From: Gammaproteobacteria bacterium
GTDB lineage: Bacteria; Pseudomonadota; Gammaproteobacteria; Steroidobacterales; Steroidobacteraceae
Reading direction: 5' to 3'
NCBI GenBank assembly: GCA_043742845.1
Contig: JAYTXS010000372.1
Span: 1-52,167 of the forward strand
Length of the DNA: 52,167 nucleotides
How positions within the stretch are numbered: position 1 is the first letter of the stretch; each line of letters begins with the position of its first letter. The translations under genes and the position numbers were made by a program. The notes below the pieces were generated by a model. It did not search any database. It was given only the letters and a program-made list of their open reading frames with translations, and was not told the DNA's origin. Shown piece after piece: positions 43,686 to 52,167 of this stretch.

Positions 43686-43706
43686 GCCCCTATCTGGCCT
43701 AGGGGC
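43686..43706 (+). terminator. Weak stem-loop after the hydrolase gene
   Basis: GCCCCTA-tctggcc-TAGGGGC, 38 nt after the stop. No clear T-tract. Confidence 0.3.
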
Positions 43707-43790
43707 GTTAGGGCTGGTCATTTGCCGATTATTTCACATATTCCTTGGCCGGGACGCGTCATGATGCACGCTAAGAGGAAGGCTTTGAGT

Positions 43791-44540
43791 ATGCTCGCTC
43801 GCACTGTTGCAAAAGTAAATCCGCCCACCGCGCCGTCGCCGCGCTTCGATCGAAAGTTCATCGAAGATCACAAACTCGTGGAGCGCTATCTCGAAAGCAA
43901 ACTCCCCTTCAAGGGCGCCCGCGATCTCGAGCAATGGTGCCGCGCGAACCCCCAATACCTCGACGAACTGAAGTTGTCGGAGCGCGCTCATACCAGTCTC
44001 AAGCTGCTCGAAGCCAGCGGACAACCCCAGGATCTAGGCGAGCCTAAGCTTCCGTGGTGGAAACATATCTATGTGCTGTTCGGTCTGATTGCCGCCAGCA
44101 TTCTGTGTCTGCTGGCATTCTGGGCGGTGCTGGGCAAGTACGTATTACTGCACAGTCAGCTCGAGGACACCCGCGACTTGATGAACCAAGGCTCGTTGAT
44201 ACAACCGGCCACCGAAAAAGAAGTACAAGTGGCGCCGGACCGGGCTCCGGGCATCGACCGGGCACGCATCGTGCTGAATCGCAATGCACCGCAACTCTTG
44301 GATGTGCATGTCGATCTGAATTACACCAACAAGCTGACGCAGTTTCGTATGTTCGTCGATAAGAAAGACCAGGGGCGCGCCCTGGTATTGAACAATCTAT
44401 TCAAAGACTCGAACGGCGAATTGCGTATGACCCTCAATTCCACCGGACTCGCGGCCGGCATCTACAATGTGCGCATCGAAGCGCTACCGTCCCGCGGCAG
44501 CCCTATTCCAATTGCGTGGCTGATTCTCGACGTGCGTTGA
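43791..44540 (+). CDS. Hypothetical single-pass membrane protein (cytoplasmic N-domain, periplasmic C-domain)
   Basis: ATG 43791 is preceded by AGAGGAAGG. One TM helix (IYVLFGLIAASILCLLAFWAVLG). No recognisable motif. The ORF-track GTG 43671 and ATG 43761 are alternative starts. Confidence 0.6.
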   Translation: MLARTVAKVNPPTAPSPRFDRKFIEDHKLVERYLESKLPFKGARDLEQWCRANPQYLDELKLSERAHTSLKLLEASGQPQDLGEPKLPWWKHIYVLFGLIAASILCLLAFWAVLGKYVLLHSQLEDTRDLMNQGSLIQPATEKEVQVAPDRAPGIDRARIVLNRNAPQLLDVHVDLNYTNKLTQFRMFVDKKDQGRALVLNNLFKDSNGELRMTLNSTGLAAGIYNVRIEALPSRGSPIPIAWLILDVR

Positions 44541-44594
44541 GCGCCCGCGCCGCGGCCGCTTAGTGCGCCGTCGCCGCGCGCCGACCCCCCGGGT

Positions 44595-47084
44595 TCACTC
44601 GTCGCGCAGGGTCTGAATAGGCGGTGTATTGACCACTCGTCGCGTCGCCAAAGTACCGCTTACCCCAACCAGCACGGTGCCGCACACCAGGCCTACCACC
44701 CAGACCCACGGATCGAGCGTGTAGTGCAGCGAAAACAGCCGCCGCGCCAATACCCAACCAACGGTCGTCGCGCCGAATGCCGCGAGAGTACCTGACAAAA
44801 ATCCCAGCGCGGAAAACTCCGCGGCCACCCCTTGCAGTACAGTGCCCCGGCTCGCCCCCAAAGTGCGCAGCATGGCGCTTTCATAACGGCGCTCGTCGCG
44901 CGTGGATTGCACCGCCGCCAGCAGCACCACGATTCCAGCGGCCAGCGTGAACAAAAAGACATACTGCACGGCCAGGGAGGCTCGATCCATGATGTCGCGG
45001 ATCTGTTTTAGAATGGCATCGACGTCGAACACGGAGATGGTCGGAAACTGCCGCACCAGATCCGCCAGCGCCGGTCGCTGCGCCGGCGTCAGAAACACAC
45101 TGGTCATGTAGGTCCCAGCGGCACCGTCAAGAAGTCCCGGTGGAAACACCAGAAAGAAATTCGGGCGGAAGCTGTCCCAGCGTATCTTGCGAATGCTGGC
45201 GACCTGAACCGTCAGCGCCTCGCCGGCGATATCGAAGGTGAGCCTGTCTCCCAATTTTAGCTGCAGGGCCTCTTGGTATTCGGAAGATATGGACACCAGG
45301 GGTTTGCCGGAATCAGCGGCCGTCCACCAATTCCCCGCGATCAATTGATTGTCGTCCATGAGGTCGGCCGACCAGGTCAGGTTTTGCTCTCTTTCCAAGA
45401 AACCGCGGCCGGATTCGCCCTTGAGCTTCAGCGACTCGTTCGGCTGCGAGTTGATGGCCGTGATGCGTGCCCGAATCATCGGAAACATCTGCGGCTGGCC
45501 TAAACCGCGCGACTGCAGGAATTCGTGCAATGACGCGCGCTCCTCCGGCCGGATGTTGATCAGAAAATTATTCGGCACATCGACGGGGAGGCTGTGGCGC
45601 CAATCAGCGAGTAGATCGCCACGCACCACCGCCAACAGCAACAACACCATCAACCCCAGGCCAAAGGCGACGATTTGCACCACGCTGTCGCCGCCGCGGC
45701 GCGAGACATTGGCAAGTCCGTATCGCCAGGCGACGCCCACCCCACCGCGCAGCCGGCCGGTGAGGCGCACTAATCCGTAGCCCGCCAGCGTCAGCACCAA
45801 ACCGACTCCCAGCACACCTGCCAGAACGGACAGCACCAACTCCGTGTCCCGCACCAAGCTCCAAAGAATCGCGAACAGCGCGGCGAGCGCCAGCAAGTAA
45901 CTCAGGCCGTAGCGCAGTGGCGGCGCGCTCACGCTCTTGCGCAGCACGCGTGCCGGCGGCGTGCTTTTCAATTGCAGCAGCGGCGGCAGTGCGAAACCGA
46001 TGAGCATGGCCAGCACGGTGACCAATGCTATGGGCAGCGGCGCCAGCGAGGCGGCGGGAAGGTCGGTGCGAATCAGGCCGCGCAATAGCCACGCCAACCC
46101 GGACTGCGCGAGGTAGCCCAGCAATGCGCCGATCGTTACCGCGAACACCGCCAGCAAAGCCAATTCGATCACGGAAATAGCCAGCACGAAGGCTTGCGAT
46201 GCACCCATGCACTTCATCAACGCCACCGCATCGATATGCCGGGTCGCATAGCGCCGCGCACCCATGGCCACGCCCACTGCGGCCAGCAGCACGGAGGCGA
46301 GGCTGGCGAGGTTCAGAAAACGGCTGGCGCGATCGATTGCCGAATTGAGTTGCCTGCTCGATTCATCCACCTCACGCAAGCGCTCCCCCGGCGCCTTGTT
46401 CGACACCAGGTATTCGCGGAACGAGGCGATTTGCGCGCCAGGTCCCGCGAACAGCGCGGCATAAGTCACGCGGCTGCCCGGTTGAATCAGCTGCGTCGAG
46501 GCCACATCGTCGTAGTTGAGCAAGGCAGCGGGAGCGAGATTCACGAAGCCCGTCCCTTGATCCGGTCGGTAATCGAGCACCTGAGTCACTCGAAATGAAG
46601 CGGTACCGATTCGCAAGCGGGAGCCGAGTGCAATTTTTAATTGCGCGATGATGCGCGCGTCGATCCACGCTTCGCCGCGCCCCGGTATGCGATCAGTCGC
46701 GCGCGCAACGCCGAAAGGGACATCGGCGATGCGCACGTGTCCGCGCAATGGATAGCCTGCGCTGACTGCGTTGAGCGCTGCCAATTGACTCTCATCGCCG
46801 CTGAAGATGGCTGTCGGAAAAGACAGTATTTGCGCACTGCGCAATCCCCTGCTCTTCGCGTCCGCAAAATAATGCACCGGAATTGGATTGGCAGATTCCA
46901 GCCGTAAATCGGCCGCCAGCACTTCGGCCGCCTGCGCCCGCACGCCCTGTGAGATTCGGCTGGTGAAAAATCCCACGGCCGTCAGAGACAATACAGCGAC
47001 CGTCAGCGCCAGCAACAGCACCGACAGCTCACCGGACTTGAGATCCCGCCACAAATTTCGCAGCGCAAACCGCAGGATTTGCAT
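44595..47084 (-). CDS. ybbP: FtsX-fold ABC transporter permease, YbbP-like (two FtsX modules)
   Basis: 829 aa with about 10 TM helices in two repeated FtsX-like blocks. ATG shares one base with the ybbA TGA. tesA/ybbA/ybbP arrangement as in E. coli. Confidence 0.88.
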   Translation of the reverse strand: MQILRFALRNLWRDLKSGELSVLLLALTVAVLSLTAVGFFTSRISQGVRAQAAEVLAADLRLESANPIPVHYFADAKSRGLRSAQILSFPTAIFSGDESQLAALNAVSAGYPLRGHVRIADVPFGVARATDRIPGRGEAWIDARIIAQLKIALGSRLRIGTASFRVTQVLDYRPDQGTGFVNLAPAALLNYDDVASTQLIQPGSRVTYAALFAGPGAQIASFREYLVSNKAPGERLREVDESSRQLNSAIDRASRFLNLASLASVLLAAVGVAMGARRYATRHIDAVALMKCMGASQAFVLAISVIELALLAVFAVTIGALLGYLAQSGLAWLLRGLIRTDLPAASLAPLPIALVTVLAMLIGFALPPLLQLKSTPPARVLRKSVSAPPLRYGLSYLLALAALFAILWSLVRDTELVLSVLAGVLGVGLVLTLAGYGLVRLTGRLRGGVGVAWRYGLANVSRRGGDSVVQIVAFGLGLMVLLLLAVVRGDLLADWRHSLPVDVPNNFLINIRPEERASLHEFLQSRGLGQPQMFPMIRARITAINSQPNESLKLKGESGRGFLEREQNLTWSADLMDDNQLIAGNWWTAADSGKPLVSISSEYQEALQLKLGDRLTFDIAGEALTVQVASIRKIRWDSFRPNFFLVFPPGLLDGAAGTYMTSVFLTPAQRPALADLVRQFPTISVFDVDAILKQIRDIMDRASLAVQYVFLFTLAAGIVVLLAAVQSTRDERRYESAMLRTLGASRGTVLQGVAAEFSALGFLSGTLAAFGATTVGWVLARRLFSLHYTLDPWVWVVGLVCGTVLVGVSGTLATRRVVNTPPIQTLRDE

Positions 47085-47758
47085 CAGTTCACCGTGTGGC
47101 CGGCATCGAGTTCCAAAATGCGGTCACAACGGGCTGCCAACGTGCGGTCATGAGTGACAAGCACCAGGGTGCTGCCCGTGCTGCGATTCAGATCGAACAG
47201 CAGATCCGTGATGCGCTGCCCCGTGGCAGTATCTAAATTACCCGTAGGTTCGTCCGCGAACAAAACCGCGGGATGGGTGACGAAGGCGCGCGCGATTGCC
47301 ACGCGCTGCTGTTCGCCACCCGACAGCTGCTTTGGGTAATGGGCCTGGCGCGGCGTGAGACCCACCTGGCCCAGGGCGGTCAGCGCCACCTGGCGCGCAT
47401 CGCGGCGACCGCCCAATTCCAACGGCAACATGACATTTTCCAGCGCCGTGAGCGACGGGATCAAATGAAACGACTGAAACACGAATCCAACATGCTTGCC
47501 GCGAATGGCGGCACGCCCGTCTTCGTCGAGCTCGGTCAAATCCACCCCTGCGATCGAGACGCGGCCCGTGCTTGGAGAATCGAGACCGGCCAGTAGAGCC
47601 AGCAACGTGGACTTACCCGCACCCGAAGCACCGACAATCGCCAAAGTTTCACCGCTTCGCACACTGAGGCTTACATCGGCGAGAATGGTCAACTGACCCT
47701 CGGGACTTGCAACGGTCTTGGATACGTTTTTTGCGTCGAGAACTACTTGGTCTTGCAT
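47084..47758 (-). CDS. ybbA: ABC transporter ATP-binding protein YbbA-like (LolD/MacB-type NBD)
   Basis: Walker A GASGAGKST, signature LSGGEQQRVAIARA, Walker B LFADEPTGNLD, and H-loop VTHD. Confidence 0.92.
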   Translation of the reverse strand: MQDQVVLDAKNVSKTVASPEGQLTILADVSLSVRSGETLAIVGASGAGKSTLLALLAGLDSPSTGRVSIAGVDLTELDEDGRAAIRGKHVGFVFQSFHLIPSLTALENVMLPLELGGRRDARQVALTALGQVGLTPRQAHYPKQLSGGEQQRVAIARAFVTHPAVLFADEPTGNLDTATGQRITDLLFDLNRSTGSTLVLVTHDRTLAARCDRILELDAGHTVN

Positions 47759-47770
47759 TGAGGAGCGCCT

Positions 47771-48397
47771 GTGAATCGGCTTTTAATCCTAGTATTGCTG
47801 GTGATTGCATCCGTTGCGGCCAACGGCGCAACGACTGTCGAAGGGCCGGTGATTCTCGTGTTCGGCGATAGCATTAGTGCCGGCTACGGCCTGGCGCGGG
47901 TAGAACAGGGCTGGGTGGCGTTGCTGCAGACGAGGCTCAAGTCGCAAGAGTACGGTTACCAAGTCGTCAACGCCAGCGTCAGCGGCGAAACCTCAGCGGG
48001 CGGCCTAGCGCGCCTGCCGCGGGCGCTGGCCCTGCATCAGCCTAGCATCGTCATTTTAGAGTTAGGCGCGAATGACGGCCTGCGAGCGCTGCCGGTCGCG
48101 CAAATGCGCGACAACCTGCTGCATATGGTCGATTTGTCGATAGCAGCCGGTGCCAAGGTGCTGCTGCTGGGGATGCGCATGCCGCCCAACTACGGCCCCG
48201 AATTCACGGAAAAGTTCGCCTCCAGCTACAGCGACCTGGCACAAAAGAAAAAACTACCTCTGGTGGCCTTCCTGATGAATGGCGTCGCCCTTTCCCCTGC
48301 TCTCATGCAGGGCGACGGCATGCATCCCAATGAGCTTGGACAACCTAAGCTGTTGGACAATGTCTGGCCGTCGCTGAAGCCGCTGCTGCATCGCTAG
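47771..48397 (+). CDS. tesA: SGNH/GDSL arylesterase, TesA-like (thioesterase I/lysophospholipase L1)
   Basis: Signal peptide. FGDSISAGYG (block I Ser), LGANDG, and DGMHPN (Asp/His). GTG is preceded by AGGAG. Divergent from ybbA. Confidence 0.88.
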   Translation: MNRLLILVLLVIASVAANGATTVEGPVILVFGDSISAGYGLARVEQGWVALLQTRLKSQEYGYQVVNASVSGETSAGGLARLPRALALHQPSIVILELGANDGLRALPVAQMRDNLLHMVDLSIAAGAKVLLLGMRMPPNYGPEFTEKFASSYSDLAQKKKLPLVAFLMNGVALSPALMQGDGMHPNELGQPKLLDNVWPSLKPLLHR

Positions 48398-48406
48398 CCT
48401 GCCGAA

Positions 48407-48436
48407 GGGCGGGCGGGCGAGATCCCTCGCCGCCCC
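48407..48436. terminator. GC-rich imperfect hairpin between convergent tesA and DUF3761 genes
   Basis: GGGCGGGCGGGCGAG-atcc-CTCGCCGCCC with one bulge. No strong T-tract on either side. Confidence 0.3.
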
Positions 48437-48471
48437 TCTGTCACAAACCAACGTTGGCTTGACCAGGCCCC

Positions 48472-49083
48472 TTATTGGGCGGTCAGCCATTCAGCGACGC
48501 CGCCGTGGCTCGAGCAAGTGCCTGAATGGTGCTTCGACTTCGAATAAGTACCGTCCTTGCACTTCGCCGTCGCACCGGTGGGGTCCGTATTGCTGGCGGT
48601 CGCAGTGGGTGCCGACGTCGACGCGACAGCAGACTTAGCGGCAGCCGGCGCCGCTGCTGGTGCCGGGGCAGCTGCCGGCGCAGGAGCCGCAGTAGCAGCA
48701 GCAGGGGCTGCAGCCGCCGCTGCGGTGGCTTTCGACGCCTTTTGCACGCCACCGTGACCGCTGCACGCGCCGCGACCGGTAGTAGCGGAGGCCGTGCCGT
48801 CCTTGCAGGTACTGCTACCGCCCGACGCTGTTGCCGCGGCAGGTGCCGCAGCAGCTGCCGGCGCTGCAGCAGTCGCAGCGGGCGCTGCAGCAGCCGCTGC
48901 CGCCTTCGGCGCCTTTTGCACACCGCCGTGACCGCTGCACGCGCCTCGACCGGTAGTAGCGGACGTCGTACCGTCCTTGCAAGTGCTGGCGGCCGCAGCG
49001 TCATCCGCGGCCGAGGCGGGCAGCGACAGCGCAAACACCAGAATGGGTGCAGCCAGCAGTGCTGCGAGATTCGTATTTTTCAT
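48472..49083 (-). CDS. Secreted protein with three DUF3761-like Cys motifs separated by Ala/Pro-rich linkers
   Basis: Signal peptide MKNTNLAALLAAPILVFALSLPASA. Three copies of CKDGT-x-S-x(5-8)-G-x-CS-x-HGGV. Poly-Ala/Pro spacers. Confidence 0.8.
   Translation of the reverse strand: MKNTNLAALLAAPILVFALSLPASAADDAAAASTCKDGTTSATTGRGACSGHGGVQKAPKAAAAAAAPAATAAAPAAAAAPAAATASGGSSTCKDGTASATTGRGACSGHGGVQKASKATAAAAAAPAAATAAPAPAAAPAPAAAPAAAKSAVASTSAPTATASNTDPTGATAKCKDGTYSKSKHHSGTCSSHGGVAEWLTAQ
48737..48988 (-). repeat. Two about 78-bp near-identical segments with exact 174-bp (58-codon) period inside the DUF3761 gene
   Basis: 48737-48814 and 48911-48988 differ at only a handful of positions (gccttttgcac[g/a]cc[a/g]ccgtgaccgctgcacgcgcc..). 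Each encodes one CKDGT..CSGHGGVQKA module. Confidence 0.75.
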
Positions 49084-49158
49084 GGAAATTAACTCCCTAG
49101 TTGGTATCCGGTTCGACGCTCAATTGTAGCCCGGTTCACGGCAAATCCCAGCTTCACG

Positions 49159-49548
49159 TCAGTGCGCTATGGGAATCGGCAATATGGTGATCACGTTCAT
49201 CAGAAATGGGATGTGCTGGCGGGGCGACCCCGCCTGAAACAGCGTGCCATCCACGGTGACATGCGAATTCTCGATGACATTCTGGGGAAACTCCGCGACA
49301 CCGACCAACTGTAGGTCATTGGCGGGCAGGCAATGATGGCTTTCCGCCGGCGCATAGATGTAGGCGGTTTGATCCAGCGCCAGCACCGGGATATTGTCCA
49401 TGCCGTCGGCCGCAGGATAGTCGCGAAAGTGGACGTGCCCGGTAAGCGTATTCTTGACGGGCTGCTGGAACAGACAGGGCCCGTAACCGATGACGCAACC
49501 GCTTGCACCCAGACACGCGCCGATGACCAACAATCGCCAAATTCTCAT
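49159..49548 (-). CDS. Hypothetical lipoprotein
   Basis: Signal peptide with lipobox MRIWRLLVIGACLGASGC. No further motif recognised. Confidence 0.6.
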   Translation of the reverse strand: MRIWRLLVIGACLGASGCVIGYGPCLFQQPVKNTLTGHVHFRDYPAADGMDNIPVLALDQTAYIYAPAESHHCLPANDLQLVGVAEFPQNVIENSHVTVDGTLFQAGSPRQHIPFLMNVITILPIPIAH

Positions 49549-49566
49549 CGAGTGGGCTCCAAAAGC

Positions 49567-50307
49567 TCAGTCTGCTCCAGGGTTCCTAGTCTTGCATATG
49601 AAGATGACCGAGGCAGGGGCCATCGCATCCGGGGCCGTGGGTTCGCGGCACTCGAGTATTTCGAATCCCCATCCTCGCAGCATCGACACCCAGCTCGCCA
49701 GAGTACGGAAGTACCAGGGCGCGGGGTCGCTGAATTCTGTGCTGAAACCCGCCCAACTCCCGTCGCGCCAGCCGTCCTGGTAAGGATGCTCGCCGCACGC
49801 CGCCAGCGGATGCAGCGTTTGCACCACGAGATGGCCTGCCGCGCCGAGATAGTGGGGGATGGCGCCGAGCAACGCATTCACCGATTCCTTCCCCAACAGC
49901 GAGAAATTGCAGACCGCTGCATCGAACGGCCCACATGGCAACCGCCGCTCGGCGATGGCGAGATAGTCCCCCACTTGAAACCGGCCCCCACCGCAGCGCA
50001 CGGCCTCCGCGACAAGCTCGGGCACCGCATCGACGCCCGTGACATGGATTCCCGAGGCGCTCAAGCGTCTGGCCAACCAGCCCTCACCGCAACCCACGTC
50101 GAACACGCGAGCCGGGCGCACGCTCAACACGGCCTCGACGATCGCCTGATCGGTCACCAGCCTGCGGCTGAGTATGCTGGCTGCCTGTATGGCCCTCGAC
50201 CACGGCTTGGCGTTGGTGTTCCATGAGCGAATGATTTGCGCCTCTAGCGCATCCAGTGGGCCGTTCATCGGTGCAAGTTTACTCCCGGTCCTCATTGCTG
50301 GCGTCAT
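49567..50307 (-). CDS. Class I SAM-dependent methyltransferase
   Basis: VFDVGCGEGWLARRL motif I, followed by acidic GVD and AAVCNFSL. Start uncertain (ATG 50307, 50295 or 50268). Confidence 0.8.
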   Translation of the reverse strand: MTPAMRTGSKLAPMNGPLDALEAQIIRSWNTNAKPWSRAIQAASILSRRLVTDQAIVEAVLSVRPARVFDVGCGEGWLARRLSASGIHVTGVDAVPELVAEAVRCGGGRFQVGDYLAIAERRLPCGPFDAAVCNFSLLGKESVNALLGAIPHYLGAAGHLVVQTLHPLAACGEHPYQDGWRDGSWAGFSTEFSDPAPWYFRTLASWVSMLRGWGFEILECREPTAPDAMAPASVIFICKTRNPGAD

Positions 50308-50352
50308 TGACGGATGCTATACACGCGGAAAGAAAGCTCAAGGAGTCATCGC

Positions 50353-52029
50353 TTGGATCGAAATTGGCTGAACCAGTACCCAGCGGGAATACCGGAGGAC
50401 ATTGACCCCGGCAGCTACGACTCATTGCGGGATATTTTCGAGCAGGCATGCGCCGCGCACGGCCACGCGCCGGCGTTCACCAACATGGGAGCGACCTTAA
50501 GCTACGTGCAGCTCGACCAGCTGAGCCGCGCATTTGCCGCCTGGCTGCAACACCAATCCGGCCTGGTCAAGGGCGATCGGGTCGCTCTCATGATGCCGAA
50601 CATACTGCAATACCCGATCGCGCTGTTCGGCGTGCTGCGTGCGGGCATGGTGGTGGTGAACACCAACCCCCTCTACACCGCTCGCGAGCTCGAACATCAG
50701 CTCGTCGATTCGGGTGCTAAGGCCATCGTCATTGTCGAGAATTTCGCGCATGTGCTGCAACAAGTGCTGCCTCACACCCATCTGCAACAAGTGCTGGTAA
50801 CGCGCATCGGCGATTTACTCGGCTGGCCGCGCGGCTCGATCGTGAATTTTGTGCTGCGGCACGTACGCAAGCAGATACCACCCTGGAACATGCCGGGAGC
50901 ATCGACGTTCAAGAACGCCTTGGGCGGCGGCCTCGGACGCAAACTCAACGCCGTCCCCTTGGGGCCGGAGGACATCGCGTTCCTACAGTACACGGGGGGA
51001 ACCACGGGCGTTGCGAAGGCCGCAATTCTCACCCATCGCAATATGGTGGCCAATGTCCTGCAGTCCTCAGCCTGGATAAATCCCTCACTCAAGGCCGGTG
51101 AAGCGCGCGTCGTCATCACAGCGCTGCCGCTGTATCACATTTTTGCGCTCACCAGCAATTGCCTGTGCTTTCTATCACTCGGTGCCGAGAACGTGTTGAT
51201 CACCAATCCGCGTGATTTCAAGGCATTCGTCGCCGAGCTGAAAAAATACCGCTTCAACTTCATCAGCGGCGTCAATACGCTCTTCAACGCGCTGCTGCAT
51301 ACCCCAGAATTCGCGACGGTGGATTTCAGCGGGCTGCGATGCACGTTTGCCGGAGGCATGGCCCTGCAGGCAGTGGTGGCCGCGCGCTGGAAAGAAGTCA
51401 CCGGCTGCGTCGTCACCCAGGGCTGGGGCCTGACGGAAACCTCGCCGGTGGCTAGCGCGAATCCCGTGGGCTTGGATTTCAATGGCTCGGTCGGACTGCC
51501 CGTTCCCTCGACCGACATTTCAATCCGTGACGACGCCGGCCAAGAGCTTGCCGTGAATGGCGTCGGAGAAATTTGCGTGTTCGGTCCGCAGGTAATGCGC
51601 GGCTATTGGAATCGACCGGATGAGACCGAGATCGTGATGTTCGGCGATTGGCTGCGCACCGGCGACATAGGCCGCATGGACTCAGCCGGCTTCGTGTTCA
51701 TCGAGGATCGAAAGAAAGACATGATTCTGGTATCCGGCTTCAACGTTTACCCGAATGAAATAGAGAGCGTCATTTCCGCCCATCCGGGTGTGCTGGAGGT
51801 CGCGGCGGTCGCTCAACCGGATGAGAATTCCGGCGAAGTCGTTGCCCTATTCGTGGTCAAGAAGGATCCGGCCCTCACGGCTGAGGCCGTGATAGCCTTT
51901 AGTCGAACTGAACTGGCGGGCTACAAAGTTCCGAGACATGTGTACTTTCGCAGCGAATTGCCCAAGACCAACGTAGGCAAGATTCTGCGCCGGGCGCTGC
52001 GCGACGAATTGCGAAGCGCCCGTACCTAG
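50353..52029 (+). CDS. fadD: Long-chain-fatty-acid--CoA ligase
   Basis: TTG 50353 is preceded by AGGAG at 7-nt spacing, giving LDRNWLNQYPAGIPEDI, which aligns with the E. coli FadD N-terminus. AMP-binding motifs YTGGTTGVAKAA, GWGLTE, TGDIG and KTNVGKILRR. Confidence 0.93.
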   Translation: MDRNWLNQYPAGIPEDIDPGSYDSLRDIFEQACAAHGHAPAFTNMGATLSYVQLDQLSRAFAAWLQHQSGLVKGDRVALMMPNILQYPIALFGVLRAGMVVVNTNPLYTARELEHQLVDSGAKAIVIVENFAHVLQQVLPHTHLQQVLVTRIGDLLGWPRGSIVNFVLRHVRKQIPPWNMPGASTFKNALGGGLGRKLNAVPLGPEDIAFLQYTGGTTGVAKAAILTHRNMVANVLQSSAWINPSLKAGEARVVITALPLYHIFALTSNCLCFLSLGAENVLITNPRDFKAFVAELKKYRFNFISGVNTLFNALLHTPEFATVDFSGLRCTFAGGMALQAVVAARWKEVTGCVVTQGWGLTETSPVASANPVGLDFNGSVGLPVPSTDISIRDDAGQELAVNGVGEICVFGPQVMRGYWNRPDETEIVMFGDWLRTGDIGRMDSAGFVFIEDRKKDMILVSGFNVYPNEIESVISAHPGVLEVAAVAQPDENSGEVVALFVVKKDPALTAEAVIAFSRTELAGYKVPRHVYFRSELPKTNVGKILRRALRDELRSART

Positions 52030-52167
52030 CGGCCGCATATCGGTGCAAACGCGATAAATTGTTTGCTTGACCGCCCTCAGCGCACAGCGCCCTATAGAGG
52101 GTATTGGCAACTGCTACTGCACAAAGCTCTGAACAAGATCGACGCTGATTGGCCTTCGCGCGGTGGC

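Noticed and set aside
43650-44540. Impression of lower GC in the membrane-protein gene, possibly horizontal acquisition
   Set aside because: I cannot compute GC or codon statistics reliably by eye. There are no flanking direct repeats, tRNA, integrase or other island hallmarks.
48483-49092. 183-aa and 188-aa ORFs in other frames/strand of the DUF3761 gene
   Set aside because: They are artefacts of the GCN-rich Ala/Pro linker DNA (Arg-rich translations). Only the 48472-49083 frame has a signal peptide and repeated Cys motifs.
49333-50226. 297-aa plus-strand ORF antisense to the methyltransferase gene
   Set aside because: No motifs, and it overlaps a gene with a clear SAM-binding motif. GC-rich shadow ORF.
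1-52167. Scan for CRISPR arrays, transposase/integrase genes, prophage modules, toxin-antitoxin pairs or known defence-system gene sets
   Set aside because: No direct-repeat/spacer array was seen. No DDE/serine/tyrosine recombinase motifs and no phage structural genes were seen. The NYN, Nudix, AAA+ and lipase-like genes each sit in housekeeping-type operons rather than in a recognisable defence cassette.

Overview
GC-rich, densely coding proteobacterial chromosomal segment. Synteny is E. coli-like in several places: ubiE-ubiJ-ubiB, yqjD/E/K-like, ahpCF/oxyR, and tesA/ybbA/ybbP. I call about 50 protein genes. I recognised no rRNA, tRNA, CRISPR array, transposase, integrase or phage module.

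Gene order, left to right:
- 3' part of ubiE, then ubiJ-ubiB-tspO
- a truncated transglutaminase-like gene
- an 8.5-kb cyclic beta-1,2-glucan synthase gene
- an elaB/yqjD-yqjE-yqjK-like operon
- a signalling/envelope cluster: CHASE3 histidine kinase, OmpA-like lipoprotein, DUF4398 protein, orphan receiver, NarL-type regulator, and an input-domain-less AAA+ activator with a degenerate GAFTGA loop
- a contiguous trpE-G-D-C-F-B-A operon carrying an extra DUF2007 gene, preceded by a classical WWW leader-peptide attenuator
- an MsbA-like ABC exporter, a decayed-looking TlpA-like gene, and yajQ
- an ECF sigma / anti-sigma / Tat-phosphoesterase operon
- rhomboid-apbE-NYN, a 2-hydroxyacid dehydrogenase, deaD, and a yebC-like gene
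- ahpC-ahpF-Nudix, divergent from oxyR, which is followed by a lipase-like hydrolase and a membrane protein
- ybbP-ybbA / tesA, a triple-DUF3761 secreted protein, a lipoprotein, a methyltransferase, and fadD

I found no convincing defence island or mobile element. The best candidates for something new are:
- the regulatory cluster at 13.9-19.0 kb (possible split NtrC-like, sigma-54-independent activator)
- the oxyR-coupled hydrolase/membrane pair
- the Nudix gene fused into the ahpCF operon
- two unannotated small ORFs
- two genes that look partly deleted or frameshifted

All functional calls come from motif recognition by eye, not from database searches.
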